From positions 1-57,536 of IMG/VR virus record IMGVR_UViG_3300036406_001093: DNA of 57,536 nt; one strand, written 5' to 3'. Positions 26,796 to 36,585 of the stretch are shown here, one piece after another. This stretch comes from a virus (Duplodnaviria; Caudoviricetes). Within the stretch, counting starts at the first letter, position 1. Every line of letters begins with the position of its first letter. Under the pieces are notes generated by a model. It saw nothing but the letters and a program-made list of their open reading frames with translations, did not search any database and was not told the origin of the DNA. Made by a program: the position numbers and the translations under genes.

Positions 26796-27577
26796 TGCCA
26801 ACGTGCTACGGATACGGACGTGCCAGCACCGACAAGCAGGAGTTGACCGAAGAGGTGCAACTCAAGTCGGTGAAGCGGCAGTACGACACGCTGCTCAAGC
26901 CCAAGGGCGTGCAGTGGGGCGGGTTCTTCTACGACGCTGCGGTCTCGGGCGGCAAGCCCTTCACCGAGCGGCCAGAGGGACTGAAGATGTGGATGCACCT
27001 GATGCCCGGCGACTATGTGGTCACGCACCACAGCGACCGGGCGTTCCGCGACACAGCCGACGGCCTGCGAACGGCCGCCATGTTCCGTGCCCGGGGCGTG
27101 ACGCTCGTCATGCCGGACATCCCGCACGACCTTGAGACTGCGGACGGAGAGATGATGGCGACCATTCAGTTCGCGTTGAATCTCCGCGAGCGCCGCAAGG
27201 TAGGCGAGCGTACGTCGGCTGCGATGCGGGTGCTGGCCGAGCGAGGCGAGCGGTTCGGCGGCTCATCGCAGGGCTGCCCGATCGGCTGGATGTGGGGTGG
27301 CACTGGCCTCGCCCCCGATCAGGACGAGCGGGACAAGGTCGAGCAGATGGCGAAGTGGCACGCCGAGGGGCTGTCGCACGAGCGGATCTCGATGCGGGTC
27401 ACGAGCCGGCCGTACCAGTGGCGGCGTCGGAACCGCGTGCCGAAGTTCGGCAACTGGTCTCGTCGGTATGTGGCCCTTGCTCTTGAGGCTCGTCGCCTTG
27501 GCTACCCGAAGGTGTATCTGAATAGCCCTCGACGCAAGAGCGCAGCAGGACGAACGCATCGAGCAGCCTCGACTTGA
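26795..27577 (+). CDS. Serine recombinase (resolvase family)
   Basis: YGRAST (catalytic Ser), D..VSG...RP, GD.V...DRAFR, ERR..GERT. Confidence 0.9.
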   Translation: MPTCYGYGRASTDKQELTEEVQLKSVKRQYDTLLKPKGVQWGGFFYDAAVSGGKPFTERPEGLKMWMHLMPGDYVVTHHSDRAFRDTADGLRTAAMFRARGVTLVMPDIPHDLETADGEMMATIQFALNLRERRKVGERTSAAMRVLAERGERFGGSSQGCPIGWMWGGTGLAPDQDERDKVEQMAKWHAEGLSHERISMRVTSRPYQWRRRNRVPKFGNWSRRYVALALEARRLGYPKVYLNSPRRKSAAGRTHRAAST

Positions 27578-28037
27578 TCGTTCGCCAGTCTCGGCCGCGG
27601 TCTCGGCCGATCGAGTTCAGGGACTTGCCCTCCAGCACATGGGCCTCGATCAAGTCCCGCTCTTCCGGCGGCAGCAGGCGGAGGCACGCCAATGCCTGCT
27701 GCCGCTGGTCGATTGTGAACGACAGGCCAAGCGCCTTGCCGAGGTCCACTCTCTCGTTCGCTGCTTCTCGCGAACGCTGCACCCGCTTCACCTCTTTGAG
27801 CAGGGCGTGCCTGATCGCCGAGCCGTAGTACGTCGTTGGCTTCGAGCGGGCAGGGTCGTAGGTGAACGACGCCTCGACCACCGCCAGTTCCGCCGCACCG
27901 TACAGGTCGCAGTGCCTGACCAGCCTGCCGTAGCACGGATGGCGTGACACGAATGCGCGCACGGCGGCAGGCACCAACTCCAATGCCGACTCGGCACGAG
28001 CCTTCTGCTCGGCAGTAAGGGTCCTAGTCTTTCTCAT
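27399..28037 (-). CDS. Sigma70-family sigma factor (regions 2 and 4)
   Basis: DL...A.LAVVEA...YDP.R...TY....IR.AL; L..LP.EER.LI.....G.SL..IG......TIK.RL..A...LR. Confidence 0.82.
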   Translation of the reverse strand: MRKTRTLTAEQKARAESALELVPAAVRAFVSRHPCYGRLVRHCDLYGAAELAVVEASFTYDPARSKPTTYYGSAIRHALLKEVKRVQRSREAANERVDLGKALGLSFTIDQRQQALACLRLLPPEERDLIEAHVLEGKSLNSIGRDRGRDWRTIKSRLLDAFVLLRSCVEGYSDTPSGSQGDEPQEQGPHTDETSCRTSARGSDAATGTAGS

Positions 28038-28169
28038 CGCATTTGGCGAACCCAAGAATCGGCACGCCACGCCCGGGCGCACATCTTCTCGTGGCAGCGG
28101 GGGCACAGCGTGGGCTCGCAGCGGATGCCGTGCATGTCCACCTGCACCGTGGCCGGCGAGCAGCCGCAC

Positions 28170-28505
28170 TCACTGCAATCGCGTGCGCAGCCGGCGGAGG
28201 ACGCCGCGGGATCGGTCTGTGCCGGCTCCGGCGGGCTCGTCGTAGGAGCCGTCGTTGACCTTGGCGAGCGGCTCGTACTCGACCTTCCCGTCTGCTTGGC
28301 GGAGCGCGTCCTGCGCCTTCCTCGCCCTGACCCAGTAGTCGTAGGAGACACAACCCCCTCCTGCCACGGCGATCCCCAGCAGCAGGGCTAGGGCGAGCAC
28401 CGCGTAGATGAGCAGGCTACGGTCGCCCGATCCGTCGGGCCCCGGAGACGCTGCGTCGTGGACGTCACCCGAGAGCGGGTGCGTGTACCTGCGGTAAGTG
28501 TACAT
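28170..28505 (-). CDS. Membrane-anchored / possible lipoprotein
   Basis: TM LLIYAVLALALLLGIAVA followed by GGGC. Confidence 0.55.
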   Translation of the reverse strand: MYTYRRYTHPLSGDVHDAASPGPDGSGDRSLLIYAVLALALLLGIAVAGGGCVSYDYWVRARKAQDALRQADGKVEYEPLAKVNDGSYDEPAGAGTDRSRGVLRRLRTRLQ

Positions 28506-28525
28506 CCTATCAGGTCACTGCGCAA
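28497..28525 (-). promoter_or_regulatory. Putative sigma70 promoter TTGCGC-17-TACACT
   Basis: Correct spacing; upstream of the sigma-factor gene, but overlaps the 28505 ATG. Confidence 0.4.
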
Positions 28526-28526
28526 C

Positions 28527-28910
28527 CTACGTTTGCTCGGAGCCTGCCCTCCCTGCTTTTATGGCCTGCCTCCTCGCGACTGCGTCAGGGCTTTGCCATC
28601 GCCGGCCGAGGGTGAGGTCCGGGTCCTCCGCGAACCTCTCCAGCGCGGCCCGCAGCCCGTCCTCGCCCAAGTCGAGGGCCTCGCACGCCTCCCTGAAGGG
28701 GACGACGGCATCGCCACCGTCTATCCAGCGCCGGGCCGCCTCCCTCTGGCGCCGGAGTTCCTGCCGGTACAGCAGCGCCGACTTCTTGTGGTTGCGCTTC
28801 AGCCACCTACCCCGGTCGGCCAGCACGAATGCTGACTGGGCCACAAGGGCGGCGCACAGCCGGCGGTACGCGCCCTCCACTTCTCCTCGCGAGAGGTGCT
28901 CGGTGCTCAC
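28527..28910 (-). CDS. Hypothetical protein
   Basis: GTGA coupling; A.RWI.....F...CEAL.L motif. Confidence 0.7.
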   Translation of the reverse strand: MSTEHLSRGEVEGAYRRLCAALVAQSAFVLADRGRWLKRNHKKSALLYRQELRRQREAARRWIDGGDAVVPFREACEALDLGEDGLRAALERFAEDPDLTLGRRWQSPDAVARRQAIKAGRAGSEQT

Positions 28911-29290
28911 TGCTGCACCTCCACCCCCGCTGCCTTCGGCGGGCGGCAGCCCGGCTGACGCAGGTCGTCGTTGAGTTGGGGCCACACTTCCTCCGAGTGG
29001 CAGGCGAACAGCAGGTTCCACGCGGCGTGCCCGAGGTGGTCCTCCGACCTGTCGCCTTCGAGGTACGAGTAGATGTGCGACAGGGCGTGGTTCAAGAACA
29101 CGCTGATCGGCAGCCCCTTCTCGACGTTGAACGCCCCGTACTTCTCCGCCCCCTCGTGGCTGGCCTGCGCCACACGCCGCAGCCCGACCGGCGTGAGCAA
29201 CTCGAACCGCACGTCCTTCGCCGTTCGCTTGGCGCCCATGCCGTACGTCGCCACACCGTCCTGCACCTTCGGCCGATCAAACAAACCCAT
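28907..29290 (-). CDS. dATP/dGTP diphosphohydrolase domain (DUF5664-like)
   Basis: RFELL...VA....GAEKYG..N..KG...HALSHI....EDHLGHAAWNL. Confidence 0.82.
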   Translation of the reverse strand: MGLFDRPKVQDGVATYGMGAKRTAKDVRFELLTPVGLRRVAQASHEGAEKYGAFNVEKGLPISVFLNHALSHIYSYLEGDRSEDHLGHAAWNLLFACHSEEVWPQLNDDLRQPGCRPPKAAGVEVQQ

Positions 29291-29292
29291 GA

Positions 29293-29775
29293 TCACTCCC
29301 TCCACTCCTTCGCATTGGACACGTCGATGTATGCGTTGCAACGCACAACGCTCCCTCCATTGACAGTCTTCTGCGTCTGTGTTTTTTCGCACCGGAACTT
29401 GACGGAGTACTGCCCCGCCTCGTCCGTGATCTGCTGCGTCAGCAGCACGCCCTCATCCACGAGGAACAAGAACCCGTAGAGCGGCACGCACAGGGCGGCA
29501 GCCGCTGCCTTGGCCTGCTCGATCTTCTCCATGGTGACGAGCCACTCGTCGCCCCACTTGTCACGCATCTCCGCCCGGGTCACGCCGTACCTGCACTTGG
29601 TCTCGACCAACCCGGCGATGCGCCCCTGCTTGGTGATGGCGGCGTCGACCTTGGCTGGCAGGCTGTCGGGCGTCCGGCAGTACGCCAGACCAGTGGCCCG
29701 CTCGAAGATCCCGGCGGCCCGCATCTCATCGACCAGCGTCTGCTGCCCCTTGGGCGTGAGAATGTCGAGGCTCAT
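29293..29775 (-). CDS. PD-(D/E)xK-type nuclease-like protein
   Basis: VDAAI...VETKCR. Confidence 0.6.
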   Translation of the reverse strand: MSLDILTPKGQQTLVDEMRAAGIFERATGLAYCRTPDSLPAKVDAAITKQGRIAGLVETKCRYGVTRAEMRDKWGDEWLVTMEKIEQAKAAAAALCVPLYGFLFLVDEGVLLTQQITDEAGQYSVKFRCEKTQTQKTVNGGSVVRCNAYIDVSNAKEWRE

Positions 29776-30113
29776 GCGCGGCTCCTCGCACCATGGACGT
29801 GAGACGCGAAGACGTGCATGTCGGCGAGCCGCACGGTGATCATCCACTCGCCGCCGTTCTTGCGGTGGCACACCGCCGGGATCGCCCCAGCCTTGGCCGC
29901 GTCGGCGGACGCCTGCGCCATGGCGTTGTCGATGTTGAGCCGCTCGACGCGCTTGCACTCGAAGTGCAGGCCCGGCAGTTCATCGACCACGACGTCGCTG
30001 TCACCGGCCGTGCCGCAGTACTGCTGCGTGCGGCGTGACGTGTAGCCCATCGCACTGAACTGGGCGGCAAGTTCCCTCTCTCCGTTGGCACCCTTGGCCC
30101 TGCTGTTGGTCAT
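29772..30113 (-). CDS. Holliday junction resolvase-like nuclease
   Basis: SRAKG..GERELA, SD...., ECKR.E. Confidence 0.8.
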   Translation of the reverse strand: MTNSRAKGANGERELAAQFSAMGYTSRRTQQYCGTAGDSDVVVDELPGLHFECKRVERLNIDNAMAQASADAAKAGAIPAVCHRKNGGEWMITVRLADMHVFASHVHGARSRA

Positions 30114-30496
30114 CACTTTCCGGCGTTCCTTCGCCGCTCCTCGTGTACCCACTCCGGCAACTCGGTCGGGTCCTCCTTCAGGCCCGCTCTCCCTTTCAGC
30201 CCAGCCAGAAACTCCAAGTCGACCTCTCCGTCCTCCTCCTCCTTCGCCTTCAGGATGTGGCCCAGTGTCAGCGGCTTGCCCGAGATGCCTGCGTGGTATG
30301 CACGGTGGCACTCCTCGCAGACGAGGATCAGGTTCCGATGGTGGTGCGGGTCACGCCCTCTCCTGCCGACGATGTGGTGCAGTTCGCATCGCTTGTTCGG
30401 CCTGAACTTCCTCCACCAGCACACGGCACACCGCTCGCTCTGGAATGCGTACGCCTCCAGCCACTTGCGGTCGGGCTTACTCCGACTCTTCGGCAT
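30113..30496 (-). CDS. HNH endonuclease
   Basis: CxxC...ELHHI...NL..VCxxCH. Confidence 0.85.
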   Translation of the reverse strand: MPKSRSKPDRKWLEAYAFQSERCAVCWWRKFRPNKRCELHHIVGRRGRDPHHHRNLILVCEECHRAYHAGISGKPLTLGHILKAKEEEDGEVDLEFLAGLKGRAGLKEDPTELPEWVHEERRRNAGK

Positions 30497-31211
30497 CAGC
30501 CACCTCCGCCAGCAGCGACTCGCCGATCCCCGCCAGTGCGTCTGCGTACGGCTGCTTGTCGAAGTCCTCGATCGCCAGCCTCGCCCGGGCCACCATCAGT
30601 TCGAGCAGGGCGCGCAGGTCATCCTTCGGGTACTCGCTGCCTTCCCTGCGGCACACTTCATCGACCGCGTACTTCGAGTACACGAGCAGTTCGATGCAGA
30701 AGCGGTCGGTCTCTTGCCGTCGTTCCCACCCGAGTTCCCTGCGAGTGATGCACCCGGACGTGTACGCCACCGCCTCGTCGAGTGGGTAGATGGCGATGTC
30801 CTGCCAGTCCCGCTGCGCCTCGATCAGGTACGTCTTGTACGTCTTGCCTCGGTGCTTGGCCGGGATCGCGTCGGCGACGTGAGCCAGCCTCGTGTTGCGG
30901 GGTAGCGGCACCTTCCACGCCACGCCATCGAGCAGGTAGAAGCCTCGCTGCTTGCCGTCGCTGTGCCGTGAGTTCACGAAGTGAGTGGCCTCGTGCGCCC
31001 ATGTGATCAGGCACCCGTCGCCGGCCCGGGCAGCCTCGGCATCTGCGGCCGGGAGCCTAGACAGCACGTCGACCAGCGCCGGCGGCAGCGTCTTGTCGGC
31101 GCACTTGCGGATGGCCGGAGCATCGACGTCGTCGCCGATGAGCAGCCCGCCGATCCACGCCACCACCACGAACAGCAGGAACACCCAGCCGATGTCACGA
31201 GTCCAGTTCAT
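30477..31211 (-). CDS. Membrane-anchored putative zinc metallopeptidase
   Basis: N-terminal TM; AHEATH (HExxH); downstream DEAVAY. Confidence 0.55.
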   Translation of the reverse strand: MNWTRDIGWVFLLFVVVAWIGGLLIGDDVDAPAIRKCADKTLPPALVDVLSRLPAADAEAARAGDGCLITWAHEATHFVNSRHSDGKQRGFYLLDGVAWKVPLPRNTRLAHVADAIPAKHRGKTYKTYLIEAQRDWQDIAIYPLDEAVAYTSGCITRRELGWERRQETDRFCIELLVYSKYAVDEVCRREGSEYPKDDLRALLELMVARARLAIEDFDKQPYADALAGIGESLLAEVADAEESE

Positions 31212-31351
31212 CGCCGCCTCCTTGCGTTGTCTCGCTCGATCTCCTCCATCAAGCCCCGCACCACCGCGACCATGATCACCACCGCCGAGATCGCGAGGGT
31301 GACCAGCGACGTGATGACGATCAGCAGCACGTCACGCAGCATCGGATTCAT
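31208..31351 (-). CDS. Small single-TM protein
   Basis: MNPMLRDVLLIVITSLVTLAISAVVIMVAVV + basic tail. Confidence 0.55.
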   Translation of the reverse strand: MNPMLRDVLLIVITSLVTLAISAVVIMVAVVRGLMEEIERDNARRRR

Positions 31352-31676
31352 CGTCGTCGTCCTCCATGTCCAACATCTCCTCGGCCTGACGCATGGCAAT
31401 CGATGCGGCGACGAGCCACTTCGCCATGGCCTCCACCTGATCTGCGTTCTCCAGAATGCAGACGGCCTCCGTCTGCAAGGTGACGCACGGGCGGTCGACC
31501 GGGAACGACGCCGTCAGCAGGTGGCGCGGCGTCTCGCGGTACTCGTCCACGTTGCACATGTCCTTCGCCAGCATCGAGTTCGCCGAGCCGTTGCGGTACG
31601 CCAGCGTGACGGCCCATCGGTTGTCCTGCGTGACGATGCACAGTGACTCGTGGTCCTCGCTTGGCATCGTGTTCAT
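31332..31676 (-). CDS. Hypothetical protein
   Basis: ATGA coupling with the helicase. Confidence 0.65.
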   Translation of the reverse strand: MNTMPSEDHESLCIVTQDNRWAVTLAYRNGSANSMLAKDMCNVDEYRETPRHLLTASFPVDRPCVTLQTEAVCILENADQVEAMAKWLVAASIAMRQAEEMLDMEDDDDESDAA

Positions 31677-33202
31677 GCGGGCACCCCCTTGGAGATTTCC
31701 CGGCGGATCGCCTTGATCAGCCACTCGTTGCCGGGGCTGCGGCGCATCGTCCGCAGAATCTTCTGGAGGTCCTGCCTCGGGATGGTGCGTACGGGCTGGC
31801 CCTTGTAGGGGCCCCACAGCATGCGCGCCTCACGCCTCTTCGGCGTCTCGACCGTGGGCTTGCCGGTCACGTCGACCGACTCGGCGTCGAACGTCACGCC
31901 CACTCTGATCTGCGCACGCCGCTCCTTCTCCGCGGCCATCTCGGCGAGGGCCCGCTCCTTGTCGAGCCGCTCCTGCTCTCGCACCTCGGCGTCGATCTCC
32001 GAGAGTTCGACCTCGCCCTCCTCCGTTCGCTTGAGGAGTTTCTCTCGGTACTTCTCCGCCTTGGCAGGCGGCAGCACCACGTCGATGGCCGAGCAGACGC
32101 GGTGGAACTTCGTGTTGTCTTGGTAGTCCAGAATGCGGCAGTGCGGCTTCGGCCCCTGTGCGATGGCAAGCCGACGCAGGTACTCGGTTGGCTGCCCGTC
32201 CACGACACCCTTGCCCGGGCGGAGGGCGCGGCCCACGATCTGGAGGTAGCGCTGGAGGCTGCGGGTCGGCATCAGCAGGTGCAGTTCCTCGACGGCGGAG
32301 TCCCACCCCATCGTGAGGATCGAGATGTTCGCAATCAGGCTGGCCTCGCCCGACTCGTAGCGGTGCATCTCCTCCTTCCGCTGCGTCTCGCTCATGCCCG
32401 AGTACACGAGCGAGCACTTCACCCCGTACCTGTTCTCGATCATGTCGCGGAACGCAATGGCGTGCTGCTTGTTGAAGCAGTACACGGCGCCCCTCTTCCT
32501 GTGGTTGGCAGCCACGAGTGCGGCGTGCTCGTGGATCAGCGACTCGTCGCGCAGGATGCGGGCCACGTCGTCGGCGCTGAAGTCGCCGAGCCCGCCCTTG
32601 ATGGCGCTCGTGTCCAGCCCCTTCATCACGACACGCTTCGCCGAGATCGGCACCAGCCAGCCGTGCTCGATCCCCGGCACCACGCCGTACTGGACAGGGC
32701 ACCTGCCGTAGTACCGCATCGCGGGGCTGCCGTGGGGAGTTGCCGTCAAGCCACACACGACGGCGCCCCGCGAGCGGTATAGATCGAGCAGGTCCTTGGC
32801 TGGCCCGGTGCAGCCGTAGTGGGCCTCGTCCACGATGACGAGGTCGGGAGAGAACTTCGCGCCCCGTCCCCCGGTGAGCAGGGACTGGAGCGATGCCACG
32901 ACGATCGGTGCATCGGACCGGGCGAACTTGTCGGCCTGCTCCACCTCGACGTCGCGGAGCCTGTACTCCTCCACGCCCTTCGCGATCTGGCCGCACAGCA
33001 CGACGCGCGGGTCGATGACCAGCGTCCTGCGGTAACGCTCGGACAGCATGGCCGCGATCAGCGTCTTCCCGAGCCCGGTCGCAACCTCGCCGAGGCAGAT
33101 GCCGTCGGACTCCAGCACGGAGTGGAGAGACTCCACCGCGTACTGCTGGTAGTCGCGAGGCTTCGGCCGCGGGTCGTCGAAGAGCGTGAGCGATGGGTGC
33201 AT
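31673..33202 (-). CDS. SF2 DEAH helicase
   Basis: PRDYQ, ATGLGKT, DEAH, TAT, LTMGWD, QIVGRALR. Confidence 0.93.
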   Translation of the reverse strand: MHPSLTLFDDPRPKPRDYQQYAVESLHSVLESDGICLGEVATGLGKTLIAAMLSERYRRTLVIDPRVVLCGQIAKGVEEYRLRDVEVEQADKFARSDAPIVVASLQSLLTGGRGAKFSPDLVIVDEAHYGCTGPAKDLLDLYRSRGAVVCGLTATPHGSPAMRYYGRCPVQYGVVPGIEHGWLVPISAKRVVMKGLDTSAIKGGLGDFSADDVARILRDESLIHEHAALVAANHRKRGAVYCFNKQHAIAFRDMIENRYGVKCSLVYSGMSETQRKEEMHRYESGEASLIANISILTMGWDSAVEELHLLMPTRSLQRYLQIVGRALRPGKGVVDGQPTEYLRRLAIAQGPKPHCRILDYQDNTKFHRVCSAIDVVLPPAKAEKYREKLLKRTEEGEVELSEIDAEVREQERLDKERALAEMAAEKERRAQIRVGVTFDAESVDVTGKPTVETPKRREARMLWGPYKGQPVRTIPRQDLQKILRTMRRSPGNEWLIKAIRREISKGVPA

Positions 33203-33540
33203 CAGTCGTCACTCCTCACGCTGCGACGGAGGGCGCTCCACACCACCTGCGTCCGGTCACGCCTTGCGCCGTTTCCGACGTACCTTCTGGCCCGCTCGGC
33301 TGCGGTCCAACTCTCCCTGAACGCCGTCGCCATCGCCTCGATCTCCTCCGGAGTCGGGTCCGGCAGGCGGCTGCATCGCTTCCGCAGGGGCGGCCTCTTC
33401 TGGTTCGTGAACTGCAAGTAACCCCGGACGTACGTCTTCGACAGGCCGCACGCCTTCGCCGCCTTCTCCGCCGACATGCCCGACATGTACAGCCGGGCTG
33501 CCTCCGCCATCCGATGTGCCTTCGATGCTCCGACCACCAT
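33202..33540 (-). CDS. HTH DNA-binding protein
   Basis: LYMSGMSAEKAAKACGLSKTYVRGYL. Confidence 0.65.
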   Translation of the reverse strand: MVVGASKAHRMAEAARLYMSGMSAEKAAKACGLSKTYVRGYLQFTNQKRPPLRKRCSRLPDPTPEEIEAMATAFRESWTAAERARRYVGNGARRDRTQVVWSALRRSVRSDD

Positions 33541-33695
33541 GTGGAATCCCTCCTTGAAGAAACGTGCGAACGAACAGGACTGACTGGAGAGCCTTGACCT
33601 CTTCGATGAGGCGAGGCACATCGACGTTGACGATTCGAGGCAGGAGTTCGAGCGACAGGTTGTCGAGCCTGTACTCGATCTCCTCGATCTCGCGG

Positions 33696-34369
33696 CTACT
33701 GAGCACTCGCCACCTCCTTCGGTTTCGGGAGAGGCTTCATGGCCTCCCGGTCACGACGCAGGCCCATCAGTTCGTCCTCCGTCATGCGGCCAGCAGCCGC
33801 AGACAGGGCGGCCTTGGCAAGCACCGTGTCCCGGTCCTGCTCGGTGCGTGCTGCGACGAGTGCCTGTCTGGCGAGCGAGAGGGCCGCATTGCTTTTGGCC
33901 TTCGGCCCATCCAGACCGGCACCGTCTAGGTCGGAGTCCGCGGCCACGCCGCAGAGGCAGGCCGCGTCCTTGCGGCGGTAGTAGGTGACCTCCGACAGAA
34001 CCTTCTGCGGCTGGCGTTCAGTCAGCCGGGAGAAGGCCCGCTCGAACTGGCCCGACGTATGGCGGAGCGTCGAGACCAGCCACTGCTCGTCGCCGATGAT
34101 GATCGTCTTGGCGGCGAGGTCGAGGCCGTGCTTGGCAAGGGCCGGGGTGACGGCGTCGAGCACCTCGTCGAGGCTGGCGTATCGGCCGTAGTTTCCGGAT
34201 GCGTTCTTCTTGATCGGCGCGTAGTCCGCTCGGGCTCGGCACTTCGCCGCACACAGCAGGTCCGTGAACTCGCTCTCGGCAGCGGGCATGAACGCCGTCT
34301 GCGGCTTGAGGCGGGAGTCGCGGCGGCACACGATGCCGTCGAGGTCGGTGGTTTCAGTCTGCTCGGTCA

Positions 34370-34370
<1 letters not shown>
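33696..34370 (-). CDS. erf: ERF-family single-strand annealing protein
   Basis: KNA...RYASLDEV...AL..HGL, LRHTSGQ, TYYRR, D.DG. Confidence 0.85.
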
Positions 34371-35365
<995 letters not shown>

Positions 35366-35389
35366 CGGTATGCTGCCGGAAAAGGACGC

Positions 35390-35418
35390 AGTGTACAGGG
35401 GTACAGGTATGAGGTCAA
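35390..35418 (-). promoter_or_regulatory. Sigma70 promoter TTGACC-17-TACACT for the leftward replication operon
   Basis: Near-consensus hexamers with a 17-nt spacer; overlaps the int start codon. Confidence 0.65.
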
Positions 35419-36254
35419 TGGGAGAGGTAGCGGAGAACTACCTGCTGGGAAGGGACGTCTCGAAGGGGTACGCCTCGAACATCCGACGGACGGCGGCGAA
35501 GATGGACGCCGCGGGCATCACCCCCGCGAGCATCGATGGCGCGAACGTCAACATCTGGCTCTCCTCCTTGAGAACGTCTGGTCTGTCGCCCGTCAGTATA
35601 CGGTCTGAGCGACGGAGCGCAATCACCATCTGGCGGCACGGGATCGAGATCGAGGTGATCGCGAATCCCATACGCCACGTCGTCCAGCCCAAGGTCCCTC
35701 GGCGGGTCACTCGTGCCTTCCGACGCTCCGATCTTACTGCCGCTGTCAATAGGGTCACGGAAAAATATTCGACCGAGAAGTTCAAGGGCAGCGGCTGTCC
35801 AAAGGGGCTGTGGCTGGTGACGTGGACCATGTTCGTCTACGAGACCGGCGCGCGATTCACAGACGCCTACGAACTCCGTGGCGAAGCGCTTGTCCACGGG
35901 GGAGTGGCATGGACCGCGAGCAAAACCGGCCTGCCCGTGATCAAGCGGCTGTCGCAGGGCACCGCGGAACGCTTGCAGCAACTGCTGGCGCTGTCGCAGG
36001 ACGGCACCGTGTTCCGCTGGGCCGTATCTCGGCGCCACGCTTTCGCTGCGATCAGGAAATCGTACGAGGAATCGGGCCTGACGGGAGGCCGGACCCAATG
36101 GCTGCGGCGCAGCGGGGCGACCCACGCAGAGATGGACCGTAAGGGCGCCGCAATGGAGTACCTCGCCCACGCCACGCCCGGGCTGGCCGAGACGAACTAC
36201 ATCGACTACACGCAGTTGCTCGACCGGCTGGCCGCCCCGAAGCCGCTCGGGTAG
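35409..36254 (+). CDS. int: Tyrosine integrase
   Basis: TGAR..D (R), KT (K), WLRR (HxxR variant), LAH (H), NY (Y); adjacent tRNA-derived attP. Confidence 0.88.
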   Translation: MRSMGEVAENYLLGRDVSKGYASNIRRTAAKMDAAGITPASIDGANVNIWLSSLRTSGLSPVSIRSERRSAITIWRHGIEIEVIANPIRHVVQPKVPRRVTRAFRRSDLTAAVNRVTEKYSTEKFKGSGCPKGLWLVTWTMFVYETGARFTDAYELRGEALVHGGVAWTASKTGLPVIKRLSQGTAERLQQLLALSQDGTVFRWAVSRRHAFAAIRKSYEESGLTGGRTQWLRRSGATHAEMDRKGAAMEYLAHATPGLAETNYIDYTQLLDRLAAPKPLG

Positions 36255-36585
36255 TCAGCGCCCTGTTGACCAGCGCCAGAACCAGCGCTACCGTTGGTTG
36301 AACAACCCGAACGGCGTCCATCGCAGCCGAGCGGCCGAGGCGAAAGCACAGCCCAATGCGATGGCCTCCTGCTGGAAGCAGGCATGGTGAGTGCCCGTCG
36401 GTTGTACGACTGTCCGGACGGGGCGTGTGACTCTCACCCGCAGTGCAGGGTCGAACGGCCGCGACTGCGTGACCAAAATCAGCGACCGAGTAGAGGTCTG
36501 TCTCCGGCTCCAGCCGTCTGACAATCTCGCCGACTTCCTGCCGTGCGCAGGGAGTCGGTCTGCCCCCTCACCAGCCGTCTGCCGT

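Noticed and set aside
28907-29290. Z-base (diaminopurine) or other DNA-modification system
   Set aside because: Only a DUF5664-like hydrolase; no purZ, DNA polymerase or modification genes recognised
33257-33706. 149-aa ORF between erf and the HTH gene
   Set aside because: First ~50 codons look real, but the rest overlaps the HTH gene out of frame; extent unsupported
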